Of a DNA stretch of 51,101 nucleotides, positions 26,408 to 36,491 are shown piece after piece. Location of the stretch: positions 1-51,101 of the forward strand of contig JACQGE010000177.1 in assembly GCA_016199675.1 (NCBI GenBank), written 5' to 3'. The position numbers and the translations under genes were made by a program. The notes under the pieces are model-generated. The model was not told where the DNA came from and searched no databases. It saw nothing but the letters and a program-made list of their open reading frames with translations. This DNA comes from Acidobacteriota bacterium. GTDB taxonomy: Bacteria; Acidobacteriota; Terriglobia; 2-12-FULL-54-10. Positions within the stretch are counted from its first letter, which is position 1; each line of letters opens with the position of its first letter.

Positions 26408-27992
26408 CTCAGCCGAACTGGAGATTTTCAAAAACCTCTTTCACTCCGTCGCCGAAGAGATGGGGGCGGCGCTGCGCCGCTCTGCTTTTTCTCCCAACAT
26501 TAAAGAGCGCCGGGACTATTCCTGCGCTGTGTTCGACCGGCAGGGGCAAGTAGTTGCCATGGGCGATCACATGCCTGTGCACCTGGGTTCCATGCCACGT
26601 TCCGTGGCTGTCGCCATCGAAGCCCTGGAATTGGCTCCGGGGGACATTGCAATGCTGAATGACCCTTACGCCGGAGGTACCCACCTGCCTGACATTACTC
26701 TTGTGCTGCCCATTTTCCCTATCGGAGTGCGCAAACCGCTATTTTATGTGGCGAATCGAGCCCACCACGCAGACATCGGCGGCGCGCAACCCGCCTCAAT
26801 GGGGCTTAGCGAAGAAATCTACCAGGAGGGATTTCGGATTCCACCCGTTTGTCTTGCGCGCGGCGGGAAAATCGTGCCCGACGTGATGGCGTTGCTTTTG
26901 GCCAACGTGCGTACGCCACGGGAGCGCGAAGGTGATTTGACCGCCCAGATCGCAGCCTGCCGATTGGGTGAACGGCGCCTAGCGGAATTGGCAGCGAAGC
27001 ATGGCATCGGCAAAATCCGGGTTTATCAGGAGGCGCTCCAGCGCTATTCAGCCCGCTTGATGGAGGAGGCGCTGGCGCGAATCCCCGATGGGATATATCG
27101 CTCGGAGGATTTTCTCGACGACGACGGGTACAGCAACCAGTCGTTGCCGTTGCGGGTGACGATTGAGATTCGAGGGCGCTTGGCTAAGGTGGATTTCGCC
27201 GGTTCCGCGCCCGCTTGCCGCGGCAACGTGAATGCTGTGCTGGCTATCACGCAATCTGCCATATTCTATGTATTTCGATGCCTGCTGGGAGAAGATGTCC
27301 CTGCCTGCGCTGGCCTGATGGCTCCGATTGAGATCATCGCCCCGAAGGGGAGTATTGTGAACGCGCAGCCGCCATCAGCCGTGGCCGCCGGCAACGTGGA
27401 AACTTCCCAGCGGATCGTGGATGTGTTGTTCCGGGCGCTTGCCGAAGCGCTTCCCAGCCGAATCCCTGCGGCCAGCTCTGGAACGATGAGCAACTTGTCT
27501 TTTGGCGGCCTAAGCCCGCGCACGGCGCAACCCTTTGCTTATTACGAAACAATAGCGGGGGGTATGGGAGCACGGCCCTCGGCAGACGGCCTGAATGGCG
27601 TGCACACGCATATGACAAACTCGTTGAATACCCCCATTGAAGCTCTGGAGTCCGCTTATCCGGTGCGGGTGCGGCGATACTCGCTGCGGGACGGCTCCGG
27701 AGGTGCGGGCCGGTTTCATGGCGGAGACGGAATCATTCGCGAGATCGAATTTCTGGCCGAAGTGCGGGGGTCAATTCTTTCTGACCGTCACCGCTTTCCT
27801 CCTTATGGTTTGGCGGGAGGAAAACCCGGCAAAGCGGGCAAGGTCGAGTTAGTTTTGCCGACGCGCCGTGTGCTCCGATTGTCATCCAAAATTTCATTCG
27901 CAGCCCCAGCCGGCAGCGTTCTCCGCATAGAAACCCCCGGCGGTGGCGGTTGGGGAACTCCTCGCGCCCAAAAACGAAGACGGCAAACTTAG
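26397..27992 (+). CDS. hydantoinase B/oxoprolinase family subunit
   Basis: SPNIKERRDYSCA, NDPYAGGTHLPD, HHADIGG, YYETIAGG, ETPGGGGWG; overlaps the subunit A stop. Confidence 0.93.
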   Translation: MHSDSAELEIFKNLFHSVAEEMGAALRRSAFSPNIKERRDYSCAVFDRQGQVVAMGDHMPVHLGSMPRSVAVAIEALELAPGDIAMLNDPYAGGTHLPDITLVLPIFPIGVRKPLFYVANRAHHADIGGAQPASMGLSEEIYQEGFRIPPVCLARGGKIVPDVMALLLANVRTPREREGDLTAQIAACRLGERRLAELAAKHGIGKIRVYQEALQRYSARLMEEALARIPDGIYRSEDFLDDDGYSNQSLPLRVTIEIRGRLAKVDFAGSAPACRGNVNAVLAITQSAIFYVFRCLLGEDVPACAGLMAPIEIIAPKGSIVNAQPPSAVAAGNVETSQRIVDVLFRALAEALPSRIPAASSGTMSNLSFGGLSPRTAQPFAYYETIAGGMGARPSADGLNGVHTHMTNSLNTPIEALESAYPVRVRRYSLRDGSGGAGRFHGGDGIIREIEFLAEVRGSILSDRHRFPPYGLAGGKPGKAGKVELVLPTRRVLRLSSKISFAAPAGSVLRIETPGGGGWGTPRAQKRRRQT

Positions 27993-28028
27993 GTTTTTGT
28001 TTCTCTTTCTGTGGATAAGGGTAGTAAG

Positions 28029-28739
28029 ATGGCGCAACTTTTTGCAGGAACTTCCGGATTCGCATATTCACAATGGAAGCCCGCTTTTTATCCTGAAAAA
28101 CTGCCCGCGAAACAGTTTCTCCAATATTACGCGAGCCGCCTGAACTGTGTGGAGATCAACTATACCTTTCGCCGTCTGCCTTCCCAGAGCACCTTGGAAA
28201 ATTGGGTAACGGCGACCCCGGCTGGCTTCGTTTTTTGTCTCAAAGCGCATATGCGGATTACCCACATCCTGCGCTTGCAGGACAGTTCAGGATTCACAGA
28301 GTTGTTTTTTCGCGCCGTTGACCCTCTGCGTGTTACCGCCAGGCTTGGGCCCATTCTCTTTCAGCTTCCACCTCAATTCCAGTGCGACCCCGCTGTTCTC
28401 ACCAATTTCCTCCGCACGCTTCCCGATGATCTCCGTTATGCTTTCGAGTTTCGGCACGCTTCCTGGTTGGATAGCGCAGTTTATAAAATTTTGGAGGAAC
28501 ACAATGTTTGCCTCTGCCTGGCGGAATCGGAGCGGATGGAAATTCCCGAGGTTGTGACGGCGGATTTCGTCTATTTCCGGCTGCGAAAATCAGAATACAG
28601 TGCGCAGGATCGGGGCGAGATTGCCGACAAAGCCGCCGCATTGCTGGCGGAAGGAAAAGACGTTTACGCGTTTTTCAAGCATGAAGAGTCTCCCGCCGGC
28701 GCTTTGTACGCAGAGGAATTGCTCGCAAAACCAAGGTAA
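28029..28739 (+). CDS. DUF72 domain protein
   Basis: GTSGF, VEINYTF, LGPILFQLPP, AFEFRHASW. ATG 28029. Confidence 0.9.
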   Translation: MAQLFAGTSGFAYSQWKPAFYPEKLPAKQFLQYYASRLNCVEINYTFRRLPSQSTLENWVTATPAGFVFCLKAHMRITHILRLQDSSGFTELFFRAVDPLRVTARLGPILFQLPPQFQCDPAVLTNFLRTLPDDLRYAFEFRHASWLDSAVYKILEEHNVCLCLAESERMEIPEVVTADFVYFRLRKSEYSAQDRGEIADKAAALLAEGKDVYAFFKHEESPAGALYAEELLAKPR

Positions 28740-28792
28740 TGAGGTTCAGGAAAATTCGATGCTGTTTTTATCCGCGAAGAAATTCTGGGGTT

Positions 28793-29596
28793 TCAGGAAG
28801 TTTTGTGAAGCAGGAACTGGACTACCGTGTAACCATATTGGCAGCGCCCGGCGAGTGTGGGAGAAGTAGGTACATCAGCCTGGTTTTGAGCGGCCTCGTC
28901 AAAGAACCGCTTAGCCCTCCGGAAGTCTTCGCTGCCTGGCCGCAAGTGGGATGCGGAGATCCACTGGCGAAAGGAGACAAGCCGGCGCTCCGTCCCATAA
29001 TAGTCGCACTCCAACGGTAGGCTCGAGAATATTTTCACCAACTCGCGCGCGTTCCGTATCCGCGTGTAGCAATTCTCACGAGACTTTTCCAGCCGGTTCA
29101 GCAGACTCTGCTGCCGCGGGTTCCCCGGCGCTATCACATCAATAATGGCGATCCTTCCGTTCGTACGAAGCACTCGCATCATTTCTTTGATCACCTGCTT
29201 CGGATTCAGAAAGTGAGCGAAGGAAAAGGCACAAAGGCAAATGTCAAACGTATGGGAGGCAAAGGGGAGGCAACCAGCATCGCCTTGCACAAACGCCAGA
29301 TTGGGAGCGGGTCGCTGCTGGCTTCGCCGCCGAGCGCAACGCAGCATTGACTCTGCCAAATCGAGGCCCATGACAAGCCCTGCATGACGGGAAACCGGAA
29401 TCGAATACGTCCCCGGTCCGCAGGCAACATCCAGAATCTTCGCATCCCGGAATAGAGGTATCCCTTCTAAATCCTTTATAAAACTGCCTCGCCAAGCCGT
29501 AACCCATCGGGCGTAGCGCGCGCCAATTCGATTAAATTCGTTTCGAACCCGGCGTTGTTCGTTCTGTCTGTACATCTTGCGATGCATGATCGGCAC
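28793..29596 (-). CDS. class I SAM-dependent methyltransferase
   Basis: ILDVACGPG, GLDL, GDAGCLPF, FD..., EMMRVL..NGRI. Start uncertain. Confidence 0.85.
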   Translation of the reverse strand: MPIMHRKMYRQNEQRRVRNEFNRIGARYARWVTAWRGSFIKDLEGIPLFRDAKILDVACGPGTYSIPVSRHAGLVMGLDLAESMLRCARRRSQQRPAPNLAFVQGDAGCLPFASHTFDICLCAFSFAHFLNPKQVIKEMMRVLRTNGRIAIIDVIAPGNPRQQSLLNRLEKSRENCYTRIRNARELVKIFSSLPLECDYYGTERRLVSFRQWISASHLRPGSEDFRRAKRFFDEAAQNQADVPTSPTLAGRCQYGYTVVQFLLHKTS

Positions 29597-29621
29597 CCAT
29601 TCCAGAAAGCAAATGCGAGAG

Positions 29622-30302
29622 TCAGCGGCGTGACTTTCCGCCCTTTATCTCCTGGCCGACCCAGGAGGGAGGATCACTCGCCGGAAATGATTCTTGCGAT
29701 GCTTCGTCTACAGGGTCGAGCACTTCCTCGGATTGCGAGACTTGGTTATTTCCCGCAAGACGCTTGTCCGCTCCGAGAGTTTCGAGCATCTTTTCCAGGT
29801 TGTCCACGTGTCTTTCTTCAACGGCCAGGATTTTTTCCATCATCACCTGACTGTCAGGATCGCTTTTGCCAACATAGTGGCCTATCTCGCGATAAGATTC
29901 AATCGCGGCCCTTTCGGCTGCCAGGTCTTCGCGGATCATGTCCACCGGCGACTTGTTCTCTGCGTGGCTCAGAGTCACCAAGCTTTCCGGTTCAATCTTG
30001 GGCACACCCCCCAACTGTTTGATCCGTTCTGCCACCAGATCGGCATGATTTTGTTCCTGATTCGAGTGCAAGAGAAACGCCTCCGCCATCGCCGGCGGAA
30101 TGCCAGCGGCCTTGCGGTAATGACTTTTATAGCGCATCCCAAAAACTACTTCCATGGCCAGGACTTCTTTCAGCAACCGAATTACGATATCCAGGTTTCC
30201 CCTGCCAACCGAACTTTGTTCCATGTGTTGATGGGCGCGTCTTCGAATTTCTTCGACATCCGTTAAGAAATGATGTTTCCCTTTGGCCGGTTCGGTTTTC
30301 AT
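29622..30302 (-). CDS. ferritin-like (bacterioferritin/DPS-like) protein with C-terminal extension
   Basis: Four-helix bundle motifs LAMEV, QEQNHAD..AERIKQLGG, EDLAAERAAIESY, ILAVEERH; SD AAAGGAG before ATG 30302. Confidence 0.85.
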   Translation of the reverse strand: MKTEPAKGKHHFLTDVEEIRRRAHQHMEQSSVGRGNLDIVIRLLKEVLAMEVVFGMRYKSHYRKAAGIPPAMAEAFLLHSNQEQNHADLVAERIKQLGGVPKIEPESLVTLSHAENKSPVDMIREDLAAERAAIESYREIGHYVGKSDPDSQVMMEKILAVEERHVDNLEKMLETLGADKRLAGNNQVSQSEEVLDPVDEASQESFPASDPPSWVGQEIKGGKSRR

Positions 30303-30498
30303 CGTTCTTTCTCCTTTGTAAGGAATCCCCCTTACGCCCATTGACAATATCGCGGAGAAAAGGTAGTAACACGATTGCCCTAGTGGGTATTACAGTTCCA
30401 CTTGTTAAAACCTTCTCTTTCTTTCATGTCGGCTTGCAGAACAGCCGTGATGTCATGCGGCAGACTGGTTTCCTCCCGTAGTCTTTCGTAGTAATTGC

Positions 30499-30520
30499 AA
30501 GATAACAGGTATGTTGTCTT
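30499..30520. promoter_or_regulatory. imperfect dyad, candidate enhancer (UAS) for a sigma54 activator
   Basis: AAGATAACA-GGTA-TGTTGTCTT (8/9 arm match), ~170 bp upstream of the -24/-12 element. Confidence 0.3.
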
Positions 30521-30689
30521 AAGTCACTATTTCGAATGCCTTTCAGCAAGGAGCTCAACCTTCATTTAATCTTTAGCTCCCTCCTGCATTTGACATGTTT
30601 GTGCGCCCTTGCTTGCAATTGCTTCTCCTTTTTTCTTAAAACAAGCGGAATATCTTATTCCAATAACCCAAATTCGGAAACCGGAAGTA

Positions 30690-30705
30690 TGGAACGGATT
30701 TTGCA
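30690..30705 (+). promoter_or_regulatory. sigma54 (-24/-12) promoter of the act-cox-tre gene run
   Basis: TGGAACG-GATT-TTGCA: one mismatch to TGGCACG-N4-TTGCW with exact GG-N10-GC spacing, in an AT-rich intergenic region ~130 nt upstream of actA. Confidence 0.7.
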
Positions 30706-30833
30706 CTGATATGGATGGGAATCAAGGCGCTTTTGGTGTGCCTGATGGCATTTCTCTCTAAGCGCAGAGCGTGGCAGAGGAAGTTCTATTCAACACATCC
30801 GAGCGGTGGTTCGCACGAAAATGGGCAAGCTGC

Positions 30834-31493
30834 ATGGCTCAGGTCTTTTACCCCAGCACGAACACAATCTTCCGCCTCTGTTTGTTTTCCGCTCTGTTTT
30901 TGATCGCCTTTTTATTGTGGGTGTTGGCGACACTGCAGCGATCTTCGTACATGACTGAAGCCAACGTCGAGCAAGATCAGCCGGTGCAATTCAGCCATAA
31001 GCACCATGTGGCGGATGATGGCATTGATTGCCGCTATTGCCACACATCGGTGGAAGCTTCCGCCTTTGCCGGCATCCCGCCCACAAAAACCTGCATGAAT
31101 TGCCACTCGGAGATTTTCCGAGATAGCGACTATTTGAGTCCGGTTCGCGAGAGCTTCCGTACTGGCCAGCCGATTCGATGGAACCGTGTCCATCAATTGG
31201 CTGATTTTGTTTATTTCGACCACAGCATTCATGTGAGCAAAGGGGTGGGTTGCTCCACCTGCCACGGGCGCGTGGATCAGATGCCTCTCGTTCGCCAAGT
31301 GGTTTCTCTGCAGATGGAGTGGTGCCTGGACTGCCATCGCCACCCGGAACTCTATTTGCGACCCGTAGACCAGGTTTTTTCCATGGAATGGCAGCCGCCC
31401 TCCGATCAGCCGGAACGGGGACGCCAATTAGCAAAACTGTATCGAATTCGCAGTGTTGAGGAACTCACCAGTTGCTCCACCTGCCACCGATGA
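30834..31493 (+). CDS. actA: alternative complex III pentaheme cytochrome c subunit
   Basis: N-terminal TM helix, QPVQFSHKHH and five CxxCH motifs (CRYCH, CMNCH, CSTCH, CLDCH, CSTCH). Confidence 0.93.
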   Translation: MAQVFYPSTNTIFRLCLFSALFLIAFLLWVLATLQRSSYMTEANVEQDQPVQFSHKHHVADDGIDCRYCHTSVEASAFAGIPPTKTCMNCHSEIFRDSDYLSPVRESFRTGQPIRWNRVHQLADFVYFDHSIHVSKGVGCSTCHGRVDQMPLVRQVVSLQMEWCLDCHRHPELYLRPVDQVFSMEWQPPSDQPERGRQLAKLYRIRSVEELTSCSTCHR

Positions 31494-34400
31494 GAACTGT
31501 GAACCGCGAACGATCGAACCCGGCCGCCAACCATCTTGCTCTCGACTTGGCTGCATTGCGCCGGAAGCTGAGCGAGTCTTCTTCTGGGAGGCAATACTGG
31601 CGCAGCCTTGAAGAGCTGGCGGAAAGCTCACACTATTCCGATTGGCTCCATCGTGAGTTTCCCTCCTCGACGCTTGAGGAACCAGAGGCCGTAAGCCGGC
31701 GCGGATTTCTTCGCATGATGGGGGCCTCACTGGTGATGGCCGGGCTTTCCGGTTGCACTGCAAAACCGAAAGAAACGATTGTGCCCTATGTCCAAATGCC
31801 CGAAGCGATAGTTCCCGGTAAGCCGCTCTTCTTCGCCACCGCCATGACCTTCGCAGGATCCACCCTCGGTTTGCTAGTGGAAACCCATGAGGGCCGACCG
31901 ACCAAAATCGAAGGCAACCCGAACCATCCTGCCAGTCGGGGCGCTAGCGACATTTTCTCTCAGGCTTCCTTGCTCTCGCTCTATGACCCGGATCGCTCCG
32001 GAGCTCTCACTTACCTGGGCGATATCCGTCCTTGGAACGCCTTGCTGAACGAAATCCGCACGCTATTAGAACGACAACGCCTTCGCCAAGGGGCGGGACT
32101 TCGCTTGCTGACGGAAACAGTCGTTTCTCCTACCCTGGCGTTCCAGATTCGCAACCTGCTCCGCGAATTCCCGGAAGCCCGGTGGCATCAGTATGAACCG
32201 GTCAACCACGATCTGGTGCGCCAAGGTTCCCTTCTGGCATTCGGGCGATACCTCAACACTGTTTATCGGGTTGAAAGCGCCCAGGTGATTCTTTCCCTCG
32301 ATGCTGATTTTCTATCCAGCGGGGCAGGCTGTGTGCGATATGCGCGAGAGTTCGCGAGCCGGCGCAGGCCACCGGAAGGCGAGACTTTCATGAGCAGGTT
32401 GTATGTGGTGGAGTGTACGCCTTCAAATACCGGTACGAAAGCCGATCATCGTCTTCCGCTCCGCGCCAGCGAAATGGAGACTTTTGCGCGGTCTCTGGCG
32501 GCTGAGATCAGCGGCCAGTCTATCGTTGCGCAAACGATTCCGTACGCGCCGTGGCTGCGTGCGGTAGCGCGGGATTTGCTCCAACATCGCGGCGCCAGCC
32601 TCGTCATAGCCGGCGAGCAACAACCGGCGACCGTCCATGCCTGGGTACACAGGATCAATCACGCGTTGGGAAATTCCGGTTCCACCGTCTTTTACACCGA
32701 GCCGACAGAGGTGGAGCCGGTAGATCAGCTCTCCTCCCTGCGGGAACTGGTCTCCGACATGGATACAAGACGCGTGGAGTGGCTGGTGATCTTAGGCGGC
32801 AACCCCGTCTATGACGCGCCCGTTGATTTCGATTTTGCCGGGCGGCTGCAAAAAGTCCCTGTCTCCATGCACCTGAGTCATTACCCGGACGAGACCTCGG
32901 CGCTCTGCCAATGGCACATCCCGGAGGCGCATTATCTGGAAGCCTGGAGCGACACGCGCTCGTTCGAAGGCACAGCCAGCATCGTGCAACCTTTGATTGC
33001 GCCGCTCTGGAACGGCAAATCTGCCCACGAACTCTTAACCGGTTTCACGAACGAGCCGGAGCGTTCCGGCTACGACATCGTGCGGGAATACTGGAAGTCG
33101 CAGCGATCGGAATCCGATTTTGAACGTTTTTGGCGCAAATCGCTCCACGATGGGGTTATCGAGGGAACGGCCTTCCCGCCGGTCTCTGTAACGCCGAAGG
33201 AGGATGCGGCTGTTGCGCACGAAGGTCCGATGTCAGCGGCTATCCCGCAAGAAGAGCAAACCGTTGAGATTGTTCTCCGGCCCGATTCCACAATCTTCGA
33301 CGGACGCTTTGCGAACAACGGCTGGTTGCAGGAATTGCCTAAGCCCATTACCCGGCTGACCTGGGACAATGCCGCGCTGCTCAGCCCGGCCACTGCGGAG
33401 AAACTCGGCTTAAGTTACCGGATCAGCTCTACCGGCGGCGAGCACGGGCAGGTTCTGGCCGATGTTATCGAACTCAGTATCCACGGACGCTCTCTGCGGG
33501 CGCCAGCGTGGATTGTGCCTGGACAGGCGGATGATTGCGTGATCTTGCATCTTGGCTACGGCCGTACACGCTCAGGCCGCGTGGGATCGGGGACTGGATT
33601 TGATGCCTACCGGCTGCGCACCTCGTCGGAGCCCTGGTTCGCTTCCGGCGCGGCCCTCCGGAAAACCGGCCAACAATTCCCTCTCGCGTGTGTTCAGTTC
33701 CATCACAACATGGAAGGGCGTGAACTGATCCACGCGGCTACGCTCGAGGAGTTTCGCCAGAACTCCGCCTTTGCACAGGAGCGAAATAAATCCTCCCAAT
33801 CGCTTTCCCTTTACCCGGATTACAAATATGAAGGCAATGCCTGGGGAATGGTCATTGACTTGAACGCCTGCGTGGGTTGCAACGCCTGCGTCGTGGCCTG
33901 CCAAGCCGAAAACAACATTCCGGTGGTAGGCAAAACAGAAGTGATGCGGGGCCGCGAAATGCATTGGATACGAATTGATCAATATCATCGTGGTTCCCTG
34001 GAAAACCCCGAAACCTATTTTCAGCCGGTTCCCTGCATGCAATGTGAGAATGCTCCTTGCGAGGTCGTTTGTCCTGTAGGCGCTACCGTCCATAGCGCGG
34101 AGGGGTTGAACGACATGGTTTACAACCGCTGTGTAGGAACTCGTTATTGCTCGAACAATTGTCCCTATAAGGTGCGGCGGTTCAACTTTTTTCAATATTC
34201 CGATAGGGAAACTCCCAGCCTGAAGTTGATGCGCAACCCGAACGTCACCGTTCGGAGCCGTGGCGTCATGGAGAAATGCACTTATTGCGTGCAGCGCATC
34301 AATGCGGGCCGCATCGAAGCCGAAAAAGAAAACCGGCCGGTCCGTGACGGGGAAATTCAGACTGCTTGTCAGCAGGCGTGTCCGGCGCAGGCCATTATTT

Positions 34401-34555
34401 TCGGCAACATCAACGACCGCCAGAGCCGGGTTGCTCAAGGAAAGGCAGAACCGAGGAATTACGCGTTGCTCGCTGAGCTGAATACGCGGCCACGAACCAC
34501 CTATCTGGCAGCGGTAAGGAATCCCAATCCGGAAATTCTCGAAGAGGAAGGATAA
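31490..34555 (+). CDS. actB: alternative complex III subunit B (molybdopterin-oxidoreductase-like + Fe-S domains)
   Basis: YWRSLEEL, Tat motif SRRGFL followed by lipobox [15 protein letters not shown]; Fe-S motifs [48 protein letters not shown] overlap with actA. Confidence 0.93.
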   Translation: MRTVNRERSNPAANHLALDLAALRRKLSESSSGRQYWRSLEELAESSHYSDWLHREFPSSTLEEPEAVSRRGFLRMMGASLVMAGLSGCTAKPKETIVPYVQMPEAIVPGKPLFFATAMTFAGSTLGLLVETHEGRPTKIEGNPNHPASRGASDIFSQASLLSLYDPDRSGALTYLGDIRPWNALLNEIRTLLERQRLRQGAGLRLLTETVVSPTLAFQIRNLLREFPEARWHQYEPVNHDLVRQGSLLAFGRYLNTVYRVESAQVILSLDADFLSSGAGCVRYAREFASRRRPPEGETFMSRLYVVECTPSNTGTKADHRLPLRASEMETFARSLAAEISGQSIVAQTIPYAPWLRAVARDLLQHRGASLVIAGEQQPATVHAWVHRINHALGNSGSTVFYTEPTEVEPVDQLSSLRELVSDMDTRRVEWLVILGGNPVYDAPVDFDFAGRLQKVPVSMHLSHYPDETSALCQWHIPEAHYLEAWSDTRSFEGTASIVQPLIAPLWNGKSAHELLTGFTNEPERSGYDIVREYWKSQRSESDFERFWRKSLHDGVIEGTAFPPVSVTPKEDAAVAHEGPMSAAIPQEEQTVEIVLRPDSTIFDGRFANNGWLQELPKPITRLTWDNAALLSPATAEKLGLSYRISSTGGEHGQVLADVIELSIHGRSLRAPAWIVPGQADDCVILHLGYGRTRSGRVGSGTGFDAYRLRTSSEPWFASGAALRKTGQQFPLACVQFHHNMEGRELIHAATLEEFRQNSAFAQERNKSSQSLSLYPDYKYEGNAWGMVIDLNACVGCNACVVACQAENNIPVVGKTEVMRGREMHWIRIDQYHRGSLENPETYFQPVPCMQCENAPCEVVCPVGATVHSAEGLNDMVYNRCVGTRYCSNNCPYKVRRFNFFQYSDRETPSLKLMRNPNVTVRSRGVMEKCTYCVQRINAGRIEAEKENRPVRDGEIQTACQQACPAQAIIFGNINDRQSRVAQGKAEPRNYALLAELNTRPRTTYLAAVRNPNPEILEEEG

Positions 34556-34566
34556 GGGCTTTGGCA

Positions 34567-35943
34567 ATGGACGGACCTATTACACCGCAAGCGGCTGAGC
34601 GCCGCCGCCCGCCGGTGATTCAGCCAGGGCAGACCTACGCCACGGTTACGGACAAGATCAGTTCCATCGTCCTGGTTCGTCCCACCACTCCAGGCTGGCT
34701 GGCGGGGTTCTTAGTTTCTTTTGCCCTCGTGATGTTGTTGTTTTACGCCATCGCCTATCTGCTGGTCGCGGGCGTCGGAATCTGGGGCGTCAATATCCCC
34801 GTGGGTTGGGGCTTTGCCATCGTGAACTTTGTGTGGTGGATCGGGATCGGCCACGCGGGCACGCTGATCTCTGCGATTTTGCTGCTCCTGAACCAGCAAT
34901 GGCGTACCTCCATTAACCGTTTCGCGGAAGCCATGACGCTATTCGCCGTGGCCTGCGCCGGGCTATTTCCGCTGCTCCATCTGGGGCGTCCCTGGTTTTT
35001 TTATTGGCTCCTTCCTTATCCGAACGCCATGGGTGTCTGGCCGCAGTTCCGCAGCCCTCTGGTTTGGGACGTCTTCGCCGTGACGACGTATTTCACGGTC
35101 TCACTGATCTTTTGGTTCGTCGGGCTAATTCCAGACTTGGCGACGCTGCGTGATCGGGCGAAAAAGCGCTCCTCGCGCATCCTCTACGGAATCCTGGCCA
35201 TGGGCTGGCGCGGTTCCGCTCTCCACTGGCATCGTTACCAGACCGCCTATCTGTTGCTCGCCGGTCTGGCGACGCCGCTCGTCGTTTCGGTGCACACTGT
35301 AGTCAGCTTTGACTTTGCCGTCGGCATTCTTCCCGGCTGGCACTCGACGATTTTCCCTCCCTATTTTGTCGCCGGAGCAATTTACTCTGGTTTTGCGATG
35401 GTGCTCACCCTGGCGATTCCTCTGCGCGCAGTTTATGGCCTGGAAGGCTTCATCACCATGCGCCATCTGGAAAATATGGCCAAAGTCATGCTGGCCACGG
35501 GCTGGATTGTTGCCTACGGCTACGTGATGGAAAACTTCATGGCATGGTATAGCGGCAATACCTATGAGGGATTCACCGCGTGGAATCGTATCGCCGGCCC
35601 CTACGGCCCAGCCTATTGGGCCTTGATTCTATGCAATGTCCTTCTGCCCCAATTGCTGTGGCTGAAACGCGTGCGGACCAGCGTGCCAGCGCTGTTTGTT
35701 CTTGCTTTGGTGATCAACGTCGGCATGTGGCTCGAGCGCTTTGTAATCGTCATCACCAGCCTGCACCGGGACTTTCTGCCTTCTTCCTGGGGTATGTACA
35801 GTCCCACGCGCTGGGATTGGGCGACTCTGTTCGGTTCAATTGGTCTGTTTGTGGCGCTGTTGTTTCTGTTCATCCGTTTCCTCCCCATGATTTCCATTTT
35901 CGAAATGAGGGAATTGGTCTCCGAATCTCCAGCAGGTGATTGA
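34567..35943 (+). CDS. actC: alternative complex III quinol-oxidising NrfD/PsrC-family subunit
   Basis: [61 protein letters not shown]. Confidence 0.94.
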   Translation: MDGPITPQAAERRRPPVIQPGQTYATVTDKISSIVLVRPTTPGWLAGFLVSFALVMLLFYAIAYLLVAGVGIWGVNIPVGWGFAIVNFVWWIGIGHAGTLISAILLLLNQQWRTSINRFAEAMTLFAVACAGLFPLLHLGRPWFFYWLLPYPNAMGVWPQFRSPLVWDVFAVTTYFTVSLIFWFVGLIPDLATLRDRAKKRSSRILYGILAMGWRGSALHWHRYQTAYLLLAGLATPLVVSVHTVVSFDFAVGILPGWHSTIFPPYFVAGAIYSGFAMVLTLAIPLRAVYGLEGFITMRHLENMAKVMLATGWIVAYGYVMENFMAWYSGNTYEGFTAWNRIAGPYGPAYWALILCNVLLPQLLWLKRVRTSVPALFVLALVINVGMWLERFVIVITSLHRDFLPSSWGMYSPTRWDWATLFGSIGLFVALLFLFIRFLPMISIFEMRELVSESPAGD

Positions 35944-36491
35944 TGCCGAAAGCAAGAACCAAATCTCCAATTTACGGCCTGCTCGCTGAGTTCGATACTC
36001 CGGCAGCGCTGCTGGTTGCTGCCGGTCACGTTCGGGAGAAAGGCTATCGCCGGATGGACGCTTATACGCCTTTTCCGGTGGAAGGGTTGGCTGCACTTTT
36101 GGGTTTTCGCTACACTCGCGTTCCTCTGATCACGTTGATCGGAGGAATCTTCGGCGGCTTGGCCGGATATGCCCTGCAATATTGGATTTCCGCCGTGAAT
36201 TATCCGATCAATGTCGGAGGGCGTCCGCTGCATAGCTGGCCCTCCTTTATTCCCGTCACCTTCGAGTTGAGCATTCTAGGAGCCGCACTTGCTGCCGTGC
36301 TGGGGATGCTGGCCTTGAATGGTCTGCCGATGCCCTACCATCCCGTGTTCCACATACCGCGCTTTGCTCTTGCGTCGCGCGACCGATTCTTCTTATGTAT
36401 CGAAAGCAGCGATTCCAAGTTCGACCGCCAGGAAACTCGACATTTCTTGGAATCCTTGGGTCCTCGGGATATTTCCGATGTGCCATATTAA
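35943..36491 (+). CDS. actD: alternative complex III subunit D (DUF3341)
   Basis: AEFDTP, DAYTPFPV, YPINVGGRP..SWPSFIPVTFE; TGATG overlap with actC. Confidence 0.92.
   Translation: MPKARTKSPIYGLLAEFDTPAALLVAAGHVREKGYRRMDAYTPFPVEGLAALLGFRYTRVPLITLIGGIFGGLAGYALQYWISAVNYPINVGGRPLHSWPSFIPVTFELSILGAALAAVLGMLALNGLPMPYHPVFHIPRFALASRDRFFLCIESSDSKFDRQETRHFLESLGPRDISDVPY

Noticed and set aside
33572-34567. 331-aa minus-strand ORF (similarly 43780-44637 and 41973-42785)
   Set aside because: Antisense to well-supported actB, glgX and cox genes; no independent signals.
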